DNA from: Oscillospiraceae bacterium
GTDB lineage: Bacteria; Bacillota; Clostridia; Oscillospirales; Oscillospiraceae
DNA: 64,000 nucleotides
Direction: 5' to 3'
Assembly (NCBI GenBank): GCA_017619715.1
Contig: JAFZRS010000008.1
Span: 14,934 to 78,933 of the forward strand
Both the position numbers and the translations under genes were made by a program. This document shows, piece by piece, positions 36,585 to 45,363 of the stretch (position 1 is its first letter; each line of letters begins with the position of its first letter). Under the pieces are notes generated by a model, which saw only the letters and a list, made by a program, of their open reading frames with translations, did not search any database and was not told the DNA's origin.

Positions 36585-38410
36585 TTTGCTTCCCTGCCTC
36601 CTTTGAAGATACCGTATCCGAAGTGGTCGCAGTGCAGACAGCGGGACGCCTCCTGATGCGCCTCCTCCTCTGTCATGCAGTACTCCATCAAGCCGAAGTC
36701 GTGGCAGCGCTCCGACGCGGGACGCTCCGTCATATTCACACGACCCAGAGGCTCGTGGTCGTCAAAACGGACGCGGGGCAATTTTATATCGGACTTGATC
36801 TCATGGTGGAAGCCCAGATACTCGTCAATATTCGCCGCCGCCACCTTGCCGCCGGCTATGGCACGGATCACCGTGGCAGGACCGGTCACGCAGTCGCCGC
36901 CGGAGAAAACACCCTCCATATCGGCAATGGCGCCGGACTCCAATGCGGTGATGCTGCCGCGCTTGACAGGGATACCGTAGTCGCCGAACTCCCGACTGTC
37001 GATCCCCTGTCCCACAGCCACCAGCACCAGATCGCAGGCGATGCGCTTTTCCTCCGCCGCGCTGTCCACGGGCGCGGGTCTGCCGCCCTTGATGGGTCCG
37101 ACAATCTGCGGTTTAACCCAGATTGCTGCCACTTTACCCTCACCGTCTTTTTCAATGTGGGTGGGCGCGTGCAGCTCCAAAATCTCGCAGCCGTCGGCAA
37201 TGGCGCCTTCTACCTCCTCCGGCAGAGCGGTCATATCGATCTTACGGCGGCGGTACGCCACGGTCACGCTCTTCGCGCCGCAGCGGACGGCGCTGCGCGC
37301 CACGTCCATGGCGACGTTGCCGCCGCCCACCACCACAACGGTCTTGCCGGTGTAGTCGGGATAGTCGTTATCGCCAATGGCGCGGAGCATCTCCACCGCG
37401 GAGATCACGCCTTGGGTGTCCTCACCCTCGATGCCGATCTTCCGGTCGGTATGGGCGCCGATGGCGATGTAAACGGCGTCGTTGTCACGGCGCAGATCCT
37501 CGAACCGGATATCCTTGCCCACAGACACGTTGCAGACGGTCTTGAAGCCCGCCTTCTTCATGCCCTCAATCTCACGATCCAGCGCCTCGCGGGGCAGACG
37601 ATAGCTGGGGATACCGTAACGGAGCATACCGCCCAGCTGCTTGCGCTGTTCGTAGACGGTCACATCATGTCCCATCACCGAGAGATAATAGGCGGCTGAC
37701 AGACCGGACGGACCTCCGCCGATCACGGCAACCTTCTTGCCGGTAGACTCGGCTCTCTTGGGCGCGGGGATCTCCCCCTCATGCTCCACGGCAAACCGCT
37801 TCAGACCCCGGATATTCAGAGGATCGTCCACCATGGTGCGGCGGCAGCGCACCTCGCAGGGGTGCTCGCAGATCAAGCCGCAGGTGGCGGGCAGGGGATT
37901 GTCCTTGCGGATCAGATTCACCGCGTCGGCGTAGCGCCCCTCAAAAATCAAGGAGATGTAGCCGGGGATATCCACGTGGGCGGGACAAAGCGCCACGCAG
38001 GGCACCGGCTGATTCTGCATACCCAGGCAACGGCCGTGCCGGATATGCTCTTCATAGTCGTCCCGGAAGCCCTTGATGCCCTTCATGACCATTCTGGCAG
38101 CCTCCTGGCCGATGGCGCAGTCGGCGGAGACAAAGATGCTCTCCGCCGTCCGGTCAATCGTGTCCAGATCCTCCAGCACGGCAGTCCCGTCGAGGACCTT
38201 TTCCATCAAATCCTCCAACTGTCCCAGACCGACCCGGCAGGGTGTGCATTTCCCGCAGGACTGGCTGTGACAGATGTGGAGAAAGCTCTTGGCAAGATCC
38301 ACGGGACAAAGACCCGGCTGACTTGCCTGAATCCGCCGCTCCACGTCCTTGTAAAGCTCCTCCACCGTCTCCTGTGAGCGGCTTTTGGTCACTATACTGA
38401 GTCTCGACAT
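36578..38410 (-). CDS. NuoF-type 4Fe-4S domain fused to a GltD/NfnB-like FAD/NAD(P)H oxidoreductase (hydrogenase partner)
   Basis: SCGKCTPCRVG, CVALCPAH...CGLICEHPCE..C, GGGPSG, GGMLRYGIP, GGGNVAMD...YRR and GGDCVTGP; stop overlaps the hydA start by 7 nt. Confidence 0.9.
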   Translation of the reverse strand: MSRLSIVTKSRSQETVEELYKDVERRIQASQPGLCPVDLAKSFLHICHSQSCGKCTPCRVGLGQLEDLMEKVLDGTAVLEDLDTIDRTAESIFVSADCAIGQEAARMVMKGIKGFRDDYEEHIRHGRCLGMQNQPVPCVALCPAHVDIPGYISLIFEGRYADAVNLIRKDNPLPATCGLICEHPCEVRCRRTMVDDPLNIRGLKRFAVEHEGEIPAPKRAESTGKKVAVIGGGPSGLSAAYYLSVMGHDVTVYEQRKQLGGMLRYGIPSYRLPREALDREIEGMKKAGFKTVCNVSVGKDIRFEDLRRDNDAVYIAIGAHTDRKIGIEGEDTQGVISAVEMLRAIGDNDYPDYTGKTVVVVGGGNVAMDVARSAVRCGAKSVTVAYRRRKIDMTALPEEVEGAIADGCEILELHAPTHIEKDGEGKVAAIWVKPQIVGPIKGGRPAPVDSAAEEKRIACDLVLVAVGQGIDSREFGDYGIPVKRGSITALESGAIADMEGVFSGGDCVTGPATVIRAIAGGKVAAANIDEYLGFHHEIKSDIKLPRVRFDDHEPLGRVNMTERPASERCHDFGLMEYCMTEEEAHQEASRCLHCDHFGYGIFKGGREAKW

Positions 38411-38634
38411 TTTCTCTACCTCACAATACTTTTTTTGCTGATGCCTTCTATATTACAAAAACACGACGCACCGTATGTCTCCGCCATGCCTCTGTCCACC
38501 GAATGCAGACGGCAGAACGCCAATCCCGCCTCTTCCGACAAAATTCGCGCCTGCGCGACAGTTATCCCCTTTGCCGTTTCTAAAAAATAATGTCACCAGC
38601 CGGTTAGCTAATGACATTTTCGAAAAGGGATATT

Positions 38635-38710
38635 TGGAGCTGGATGCGGGATTCGAACCCGCGACCTCATGATTACGAATCAGGCGCTCTACCGGCTGAG
38701 CTAATCCAGC
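38635..38710 (-). tRNA. tRNA-Thr(CGT)
   Basis: GCTGGATTAGCTCAGCCGGTAGAGCGCCTGATTCGTAATCATGAGGTCGCGGGTTCGAATCCCGCATCCAGCTCCA; 76 nt, encoded CCA, TTCGAAT T-loop, anticodon CGT. Confidence 0.95.
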
Positions 38711-38746
38711 ATCTCCATTTTTTGATCCATCAAAATCACGAGCCCT

Positions 38747-38775
38747 ATTCTACCATTCTTTTTTCTGTTCGTCAA
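38747..38775 (-). promoter_or_regulatory. SigA-type promoter of the tRNA
   Basis: TTGACG-17 nt-TAGAAT with extended -10 TG and A-rich upstream sequence. Confidence 0.75.
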
Positions 38776-39011
38776 CTTTTATTTTTCTCTTTCTGCAACA
38801 ATATACAAAACGTAATCATTAAAACCTATTTCTTTCGAAAACTGCATAAACGCAGTTTTTTGCCTTTTTATACGCAAAAAACAGAGTGGGAAAAAGTGCG
38901 TTCTTTTCCGCCGAAATCCAATTCTTTTTAACCTTTTTCCCCTTGTTGCTTTCATGTGCGACAGTGAAGATCTTTTACATAACTATCTATCGAATAACCT
39001 TTTACAAAAAG

Positions 39012-39041
39012 TTATCCACATTTTCCACCGGTTTTTCCACA
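39012..39041 (+). promoter_or_regulatory. Tandem DnaA-box cluster
   Basis: TTATCCACA (39012-39020), TTTTCCACC (39021-39029) and TTTTCCACA (39033-39041), head-to-tail in an AT-rich intergenic region. Confidence 0.65.
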
Positions 39042-39254
39042 GCGCTCTATCGCCTTTTACAAAAGGCTTTTCGTTGAGTTTGCCAAAAAACGTCAATCGC
39101 GCAATCGCGGTTTTTTCCCCTGCTCTCCGTGTCGTTTCGCTTTACATAACGCAGAAATATCTCGTTTTCTGCAGGAACGCTTCGATCTATGAAGCAGGCA
39201 AAGGAGAAGCCCGCGCCCTTTTTAGGGCGCAGGCTCTTCCTTCCTCGTTCTTTT

Positions 39255-40268
39255 TTATTTGCTCTTTCCCGGATCCATGGTGGCGTAGGCGTTCAGATCC
39301 AGGGTTGCGGTATGTCCCGCCAGATACTCGTAATAGCCCTGGGCGCCGATCATGGCGCCGTTATCGCCGCACAGCCGGAGGGGCGGCAGGTAAAGCGACG
39401 CACCCGCGGCGGCGCAGGCGGATTCCAGATCGGAGCGAATCACGGAGTTGGCCGCCACGCCGCCTGCCGCCACCAATTTCCTGCAGCCGGTTATTTCCAG
39501 CGCGCGCATGGCGCGGGGCACCAGCTCCGCACTGACGGCGCAGGCAAAATCCCGCGCCAGCGCCGCCTCGTCCAGCTCCTCACCCTTCTGCCGCGCGGTA
39601 TGCACCAGATTTACCACCGCCGTTTTCAGTCCCGAAAAGCTCATGTCCAGCTCCGCGCCCTCCACATAGGCGCGGGGCAGTGTATACTTTCCTCCCGCCG
39701 ACTTTTGCGCCAGCTCGTCCATGGGGCGTCCGCCGGGATAGGGCAAGCCCAGCACCCGGGCGGCTTTATCAAAACACTCCCCGGCAGCATCGTCCCGGGT
39801 AGAGCCGAGAATCTCCATATCGGTATAGTCCCGCACATGGACGATGAGCGTATTGCCGCCGGAGATCGCCAGCGCCACGAAAGGCGGCGCTAAGTCCGGG
39901 AACGCCAGATACGACGCGGCGATGTGACCGCGGATATGATGTACCGGAATCAGCGGCACGCCCAGCGCGTACGCTACGGACTTGGCAAAGCTCACGCCCA
40001 CCAGCACCGCGCCGATGAGACCCGGCGCGTAGGTGACCGCCACCGCGTCCACGTCCTGCCGGGTCAGTTTTGCCTCTGTAAGCGCCTGATCCGTCAAGCC
40101 CGCGATCGCCTCCACGTGCTTGCGCGAGGCAATCTCCGGCACCACGCCGCCGTAGAGCGCGTGCTCCTTTGCCTGAGAGAGCACCGCGTCCGACAGTACC
40201 GTTCTGCCGTCGCGCACTATCGCCACGGCGGTCTCGTCGCAGGAGGATTCAAATGCCAGTATGTTCAT
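39255..40268 (-). CDS. tsaD: tRNA t6A threonylcarbamoyltransferase
   Basis: ESSCDET, GGVVPEIASRKH, HHIRGH, SGGNT, GECFDK and DNGAMI. Confidence 0.96.
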   Translation of the reverse strand: MNILAFESSCDETAVAIVRDGRTVLSDAVLSQAKEHALYGGVVPEIASRKHVEAIAGLTDQALTEAKLTRQDVDAVAVTYAPGLIGAVLVGVSFAKSVAYALGVPLIPVHHIRGHIAASYLAFPDLAPPFVALAISGGNTLIVHVRDYTDMEILGSTRDDAAGECFDKAARVLGLPYPGGRPMDELAQKSAGGKYTLPRAYVEGAELDMSFSGLKTAVVNLVHTARQKGEELDEAALARDFACAVSAELVPRAMRALEITGCRKLVAAGGVAANSVIRSDLESACAAAGASLYLPPLRLCGDNGAMIGAQGYYEYLAGHTATLDLNAYATMDPGKSK

Positions 40269-40738
40269 TTTTCCGCCTCCCCGTAATCGTACTCCTTGGT
40301 GAGAATCAGCGCGTCCTCCTTGGGTAGATCATAGTAGTTTCTCCGCCGTCCGACCTCCCGGAATCCCGCGCTTTGATAGAGAGCGATGGCGGCAGTATTG
40401 GACGGGCGCACCTCCAGCGTCAAAAACGCCAGACGGTTACCGCGGGCAAACCGATCAAACACGGCAATGAGCTGCTGCGCTACACCCCGGCGGCGATATG
40501 CCGGGAACACCGCCACATTGGTGATATACCCCTCGTCCGCCACCACCAGCAATCCGGCGTAGCCCACCACCTGTGTGCCGCTCACGGCAACCAGAAACGC
40601 CGCGCACTGATTCTCCAGCTCCTCCGCCAGCATTTTTTTCGACCACGGGCGGGAAAAGCAAATTTTTTCCAGCTTCTCCAGCTCGTCCAGATTATCGTCG
40701 CACATCGGTACGATGCGCACCGGCAAGTTCTCACTCAT
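40265..40738 (-). CDS. rimI: Ribosomal protein S18 alanine N-acetyltransferase
   Basis: CFSRPWS, ITNVAVFPAYRRRGVA, LEVRPSN..AI.LY and RRNYY. Confidence 0.9.
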   Translation of the reverse strand: MSENLPVRIVPMCDDNLDELEKLEKICFSRPWSKKMLAEELENQCAAFLVAVSGTQVVGYAGLLVVADEGYITNVAVFPAYRRRGVAQQLIAVFDRFARGNRLAFLTLEVRPSNTAAIALYQSAGFREVGRRRNYYDLPKEDALILTKEYDYGEAEK

Positions 40739-43383
40739 TCCTTCGCCTCCAACCAGTTTTCGCCCGCGTGCGCCACAGCGCACAGCGGCACCGCCAGCGT
40801 GACCGCCTGCTCCATTTCCTCGGTGAGGAGCTTCTTTACCGTTTCCTGCTCCGACGCGGGACACTCCACGATCAGCTCGTCGTGTACCTGCATGATGAGC
40901 TTCGCGCGCAGCTTTTCACGCCGGAGACGCTCATATACCCGCACCATGGCGAGCTTGATGATATCCGCCGCCGTTCCCTGCACGGGCATATTCAGCGCCA
41001 CCCGTTCACCGAAGGCGCGGAGATTGAAATTGGTCGAGCGCAGTTCCGGCAGTGCGCGGCGGCGATGCCACAGCGTCTCCACCCAACCATTCTCCGACGC
41101 CTTTTGCACCACGTCGGTCATATACCGTTTCACGCCCTGATACGTTTCAAAATACCGATCCATATACTCTTGCGCCTCCGCCACCGTGACGCCGATATCC
41201 CGGCTCAGGGAAAAGGCGGAGATGCCGTACACAATGCCGAAGTTCACCGCCTTGGCGCGGCGGCGCATCTCGCCTGTTACCTCTTCCGGCGATACGTGAA
41301 ATACCTTCGATGCCGTGACAGTGTGGAAATCCGCGCCGGCGGAAAATGATTCCTGCATGGTACGGTCGTCCGCCATGTGCGCCAGCAGCCTCAGCTCGAT
41401 CTGGGAGTAGTCGGCGTCCACCAGTACACAGCCCGGCTCCGCTGCAAACAATCGCCTTATCTCGCTGCCCAACTCCGTACGGGCGGGGATATTCTGCAAG
41501 TTCGGCTCCGTGGAGCTCAACCGGCCCGTGGCGGTGACAGTCATCTGGAAGCTGGTGTGGACGCGCCCGTCCTCCCCGATGGCTTTGAGCAGTCCGTCGG
41601 CATAGGTGGATTTGAGCTTGCTGTACTGCCGGTAGGTCAGGATCTTGTCCACCACAGGTGCGCCGCCGCGCAGTTTTTCCAATATCTCCGCGCCGGTGGA
41701 CCAGCCGGTTTTCGTCTTCTTCCCGTGGGGCAGATGCAGATCCTCAAAGAGCACCTTGCCCAACTGCTTGGGGGAGTTGATGTTGAACTCACTGCCTGCC
41801 TCATCGTATATCTCGCGCTCCAGCGCGGCGATCTGCTCCTCCAGCCACACGCCGAAGGTGTAAAGCTGTTTGCCGTTACAGCGCATGCCGGCAATCTCCA
41901 TCTCCGCCAGCACACGGCACAAGGGCAGCTCCACCTCCTCGTAGAGCCGCCACATCTCCTGCTCGCGCAATCGCGACTCCTGGTACTCCCGCAACGCGGT
42001 GACGGCGCTGCACCAGCTGTCCAGTGCCGCTTCCGCCCCACGGGTGTCGCCCAGCGGAGAAAAAGCGTCCTGCTCCAGATGCGCCGGCTTCATGACCTCC
42101 GCGTTATAGTACGCCATGAACAGCCGGTCAATCCCATACTGCCCGGCGGTGGCGTCCAGCAGATACCCCGCCAGCGCCGTATCATACACGAAGCCCTCCG
42201 GCTCGATCCCCCGCCGAAGCAGCGCGTGCATGAGGTCCTTGTTGTCGTGGGAGACCTTGCGGATATCACCGGCAAAGAGCGCCGTGAGCAGCGCGTCCCA
42301 GTCACCCTCGTAGCGGTGCATCAGGAGATTTGCCGTAAGACCGTTTTGCTCCGCCCCGTCGCACTCCACCGCCACGGCGGTGAGATCCGTTAGGGCATAC
42401 ACCGTCACGCAATCCGCCCCACGCCACATTGCCAGCAGCTCCACCGCCCGATCCGGCTTCGTCACGTTCTCAACAGTAAAAGTGCCCTCTCGGTCCCACT
42501 CCTCCGTATCCCGGGCGGGGGCAAGACCGTATTTGTCAATGAGCTTCTTAAACTCCAGACGGAGAAAGATATCGTACAGCTCCGGTTTGAAGGGGCGGCG
42601 CAAATTCTCCTCCGGCTCAAACGCCAGCGGCGCGTCGGTGACGATGGTCGCCAGCCAATAGGAGTGACGGGCGCTTTCTTCCCCCTCCGCCAGTTTTTGC
42701 CTCACGGCGGGCTTGACGTCCACCGCCGGCATGGCATCGTAGAGCGCGTTCACGGATTGATATCGCTGTACCAGCGCCAGGGCGGTCTTCTCCCCCACGC
42801 CGGGTACGCCGGGGATATTGTCGGAGCTGTCGCCCATCAGCGCTTTCAGGTCGATCATGTGGATCGCCTCAAAGCCGTATTCCTCCCGGAACGTCTCCGC
42901 CGTCATATCCCGGGTGGTGGTCTGCCCCATACGGGTGGACACCAGCTTCACACGTGTTTTATCGGTGATGAGCTGCAAACTGTCCTTATCCCCGGTGACC
43001 ACCACGCACTCCCACCCGGCGCGCTCACACTTGCGGGAGATGGTGCCGATCAGATCGTCCGCCTCATAGCCCGCCAGCTCATAGCGGGGAATGGACATGG
43101 CGTCCAAAACCTGCTTCAAAACCGGCATCTGCATGGCAAGTTCTTCCGGCATACCGTGGCGAGTCGCCTTATAGCTCGCGTCCGCCTGATGGCGAAACGT
43201 CGGCTCACGCCGGTCAAAGGCGACGCACAGCGCCTCCGGCTGTTCCTCGTCCAGGAGCCGCTGCAGTGTGGTGATAAAGCCGTATACGGCGTTGGTATAG
43301 AGTCCCTCACGGGTGGTGAGAGGACGAATGCCGTAAAAAGAGCGGTTGATGAGACTGTTGCCGTCCAAAACCATGAGTTTCAA
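40735..43383 (-). CDS. polA: DNA polymerase I
   Basis: DGNSLINRSFY and GDSSDNIPGVPGVGEKTA (5'-3' exonuclease); DYSQIELR, RRRAKAVNFGIVYG and QVHDEL. Confidence 0.98.
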   Translation of the reverse strand: MKLMVLDGNSLINRSFYGIRPLTTREGLYTNAVYGFITTLQRLLDEEQPEALCVAFDRREPTFRHQADASYKATRHGMPEELAMQMPVLKQVLDAMSIPRYELAGYEADDLIGTISRKCERAGWECVVVTGDKDSLQLITDKTRVKLVSTRMGQTTTRDMTAETFREEYGFEAIHMIDLKALMGDSSDNIPGVPGVGEKTALALVQRYQSVNALYDAMPAVDVKPAVRQKLAEGEESARHSYWLATIVTDAPLAFEPEENLRRPFKPELYDIFLRLEFKKLIDKYGLAPARDTEEWDREGTFTVENVTKPDRAVELLAMWRGADCVTVYALTDLTAVAVECDGAEQNGLTANLLMHRYEGDWDALLTALFAGDIRKVSHDNKDLMHALLRRGIEPEGFVYDTALAGYLLDATAGQYGIDRLFMAYYNAEVMKPAHLEQDAFSPLGDTRGAEAALDSWCSAVTALREYQESRLREQEMWRLYEEVELPLCRVLAEMEIAGMRCNGKQLYTFGVWLEEQIAALEREIYDEAGSEFNINSPKQLGKVLFEDLHLPHGKKTKTGWSTGAEILEKLRGGAPVVDKILTYRQYSKLKSTYADGLLKAIGEDGRVHTSFQMTVTATGRLSSTEPNLQNIPARTELGSEIRRLFAAEPGCVLVDADYSQIELRLLAHMADDRTMQESFSAGADFHTVTASKVFHVSPEEVTGEMRRRAKAVNFGIVYGISAFSLSRDIGVTVAEAQEYMDRYFETYQGVKRYMTDVVQKASENGWVETLWHRRRALPELRSTNFNLRAFGERVALNMPVQGTAADIIKLAMVRVYERLRREKLRAKLIMQVHDELIVECPASEQETVKKLLTEEMEQAVTLAVPLCAVAHAGENWLEAKE

Positions 43384-43427
43384 AAAACGTTCCTCCTCGA
43401 TTCCCGTACTGATTCCCTGTCAGAAAT

Positions 43428-43535
43428 TTACTGACACGTACCGCCACGGCGCACCGCCGTATCGTGCACCAGAATGCGGTTCATGCCGCTCTCCCGCAAA
43501 CGGCGGATAGGGACGTCCACCACTAATATTCGCAT
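43428..43535 (-). CDS. Putative 35-aa small protein with an internal tandem repeat
   Basis: GGGAGG RBS 10 nt before the ATG; MRILVVDVPIRRLRESGMNRILVHDTAVRRGGTCQ; fills the comEA-polA gap. Confidence 0.45.
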   Translation of the reverse strand: MRILVVDVPIRRLRESGMNRILVHDTAVRRGGTCQ

Positions 43536-43557
43536 ATGCAGCACGCCTCCCTTCGCC

Positions 43558-43923
43558 TTACGGCTCGCTTTCCACGGTAATATAGGGTCGGATCCCTTCC
43601 AGCGTCCGCGCCCCGATCCCATCGACCTGCAGCAGTTCCTCCACGCTCCGGAAAGGACCGTGTTCCGCCCGGTACGTCATGATCCGCGACGCCATCGCCA
43701 CACCTATCCCCGGGATCTGCCGCAGCGTTTCCCGATCCGCCGTGTTGATGTTAATCTTGTCCGGTTGCTCCTGCGCATCATTCTCGCGGGAGGCGGTAAC
43801 GGTAAAGCCTTCATATTCCCGCCCGGCAAATGTGATATAACGCACCGCCGTCAACAGCAAAAACAGTACCGTTGCCGACAGCAGGACGATCTCGGTTTTT
43901 GTAATCTTTCCCGTTTTCTTCAC
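43558..43923 (-). CDS. comEA: ComEA-family helix-hairpin-helix DNA-binding protein
   Basis: N-terminal TM helix; KININTAD...LRQIPGIG...RI..YR..HGPF..VEELLQVDGIG. Confidence 0.88.
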   Translation of the reverse strand: MKKTGKITKTEIVLLSATVLFLLLTAVRYITFAGREYEGFTVTASRENDAQEQPDKININTADRETLRQIPGIGVAMASRIMTYRAEHGPFRSVEELLQVDGIGARTLEGIRPYITVESEP

Positions 43924-43925
43924 AG

Positions 43926-43954
43926 TTGACTACCCCGCCGATTTTGCTTATAAT
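43926..43954 (+). promoter_or_regulatory. SigA-type promoter of dac-rluA
   Basis: TTGACT-17 nt-TATAAT. Confidence 0.7.
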
Positions 43955-44010
43955 AAGCTCATCATAAAATATATAGATGTATTATACCATAGGCTGGGAG
44001 AAATGAACAT

Positions 44011-45363
44011 ATGAAAATCCGCCGTATTCTATCTGTTTTTTTGCTCTGCGTGCTTCTCTGGGGACTTTTTGGCATACCCCGGGCATACGCGCTGGACGAT
44101 CCCGATATACAGGCAAAAGCCGCTTTGTTGGTAGACGCCGACAGCGGTCTTCTTCTCTACGGGAAGGACGAGCGCTCCGTCCAGTATCCCGCCAGCATTA
44201 CCAAGGTAATGGTGGCGCTGCTGGTATTGGAAGCCGTCGACCGGGGTGAGCTGCGAATGGATCAGCCTATCACCGCCACGGCTACCGCTCTTGCCGACCT
44301 GACTGCCGACAGCAGTACCGCCGATATCAAGGTCGGAGAAGTGCTGACGGTGGAACAGCTCCTGTACTGCATGCTGGTGGTCTCCGCCAATGAGACCGGC
44401 AATATTCTCGCCGAGGCAGTGGACGGCAGCAAGGAAGCGTTCGTGGAGCACATGAACAGGCGGGCGGCGGAATTGGGCTGTGAGAACACGCACTTTGTCA
44501 ATACCTCCGGTCTGCATAATCCTTCCCACTATACCAGCGCCCGGGATATCTACCTCTTTACACGAGAGGCTATGAAGCACGAAGCGTTTTTGACCATTTG
44601 CGGCAGTAAATCCTACACGGTGCCCGCCACGAATATTTCCCCCGAGCGGGAGCTGCACAGCACCAACGGGCTCATCTCCAACTGGCGGTATCTGGGTTAT
44701 CTCTATGACGGCGCCTTCGGCATCAAAACCGGCACCACCGAGGAGGCAGGTAAATGCCTGGTCGCCGGCGCCAGGCGGGGCGACCGAACGCTTATCAGCG
44801 TGATACTCGGCGCAGGTTCCTCAGAGGACGGCAAGAATATGAGCTTTACCGAAACGAGCCGCCTTTTCGACTGGGGCTTTGACAGTTTCGCACCGCTGAC
44901 TGTCCTGCGCGCCGAGCAGCTTTACGGCGTGTCCGTTACGCTGTCTAAAGAAACGGATACCGTCATGGCGCACCCGGAAAAAGACACGCAGGCGATTTTG
45001 CCCAAGGATCTCGATCCGGAGACGGATCTCATCTACACGCTGGATCTGCCCGAATCCGTGGAAGCGCCTATCTCTGCCGGTGACGTACTCGGTCATATTA
45101 CCGTCAGCTATAACGGACACGATTACGCCACCGTACCGTTGTTGGCTATCAGTGACGTGTCGGCGTCCGGTTTTCTGGTGGGCAAAAACGCCGTGCTGTC
45201 ATTTTTCAGCCTCACCTACGTGAAGGTCGGTCTTATTCTGCTGGTCATCGCCGTGGCGCTGTTTTTGTTCTGGTGGCACACCGTACGTCCGCGCCGTCGG
45301 TACGGACGCAACCGGCGCAGAAGCGGCGGCGGTTCCTATCGCGGCCGCGGCAGACGCAGATGA
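44011..45363 (+). CDS. D-alanyl-D-alanine carboxypeptidase (peptidase S11, Dac family)
   Basis: Signal peptide, PASITK (SxxK), SAN, NTSGLH and KTG motifs; C-terminal TM helix with Arg-rich tail. Confidence 0.93.
   Translation: MKIRRILSVFLLCVLLWGLFGIPRAYALDDPDIQAKAALLVDADSGLLLYGKDERSVQYPASITKVMVALLVLEAVDRGELRMDQPITATATALADLTADSSTADIKVGEVLTVEQLLYCMLVVSANETGNILAEAVDGSKEAFVEHMNRRAAELGCENTHFVNTSGLHNPSHYTSARDIYLFTREAMKHEAFLTICGSKSYTVPATNISPERELHSTNGLISNWRYLGYLYDGAFGIKTGTTEEAGKCLVAGARRGDRTLISVILGAGSSEDGKNMSFTETSRLFDWGFDSFAPLTVLRAEQLYGVSVTLSKETDTVMAHPEKDTQAILPKDLDPETDLIYTLDLPESVEAPISAGDVLGHITVSYNGHDYATVPLLAISDVSASGFLVGKNAVLSFFSLTYVKVGLILLVIAVALFLFWWHTVRPRRRYGRNRRRSGGGSYRGRGRRR

Noticed and set aside
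33699-36656. Very long opposite-strand ORFs (e.g. 33699-36656 +, 57530-60334 +, 21403-23124 +, 4458-5624 +, 8550-10067 -)
   Set aside because: They are antisense shadows of well-supported high-GC genes, with no RBS, no recognisable motifs and typical antisense composition.
38410-38635. Integrated element at the tRNA-Thr 3' end
   Set aside because: No integrase and no duplicated tRNA 3' end (att site) was seen; the next gene is a metabolic oxidoreductase.
38800-39250. Chromosomal origin oriC
   Set aside because: No dnaA/dnaN/rpmH is adjacent, and gene orientation (including the dcw cluster) stays on the minus strand on both sides. Kept only as a DnaA-box-cluster finding; genome-wide GC skew would settle it.
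13557-43930. Recurrent CAGTTGAC/GTCAACTG octamer in several intergenic regions (13557, 18135, 26535, 43923)
   Set aside because: It contains the TTGAC -35 core and also occurs inside coaD and rsmD coding sequence, so it does not clearly mark a regulon.
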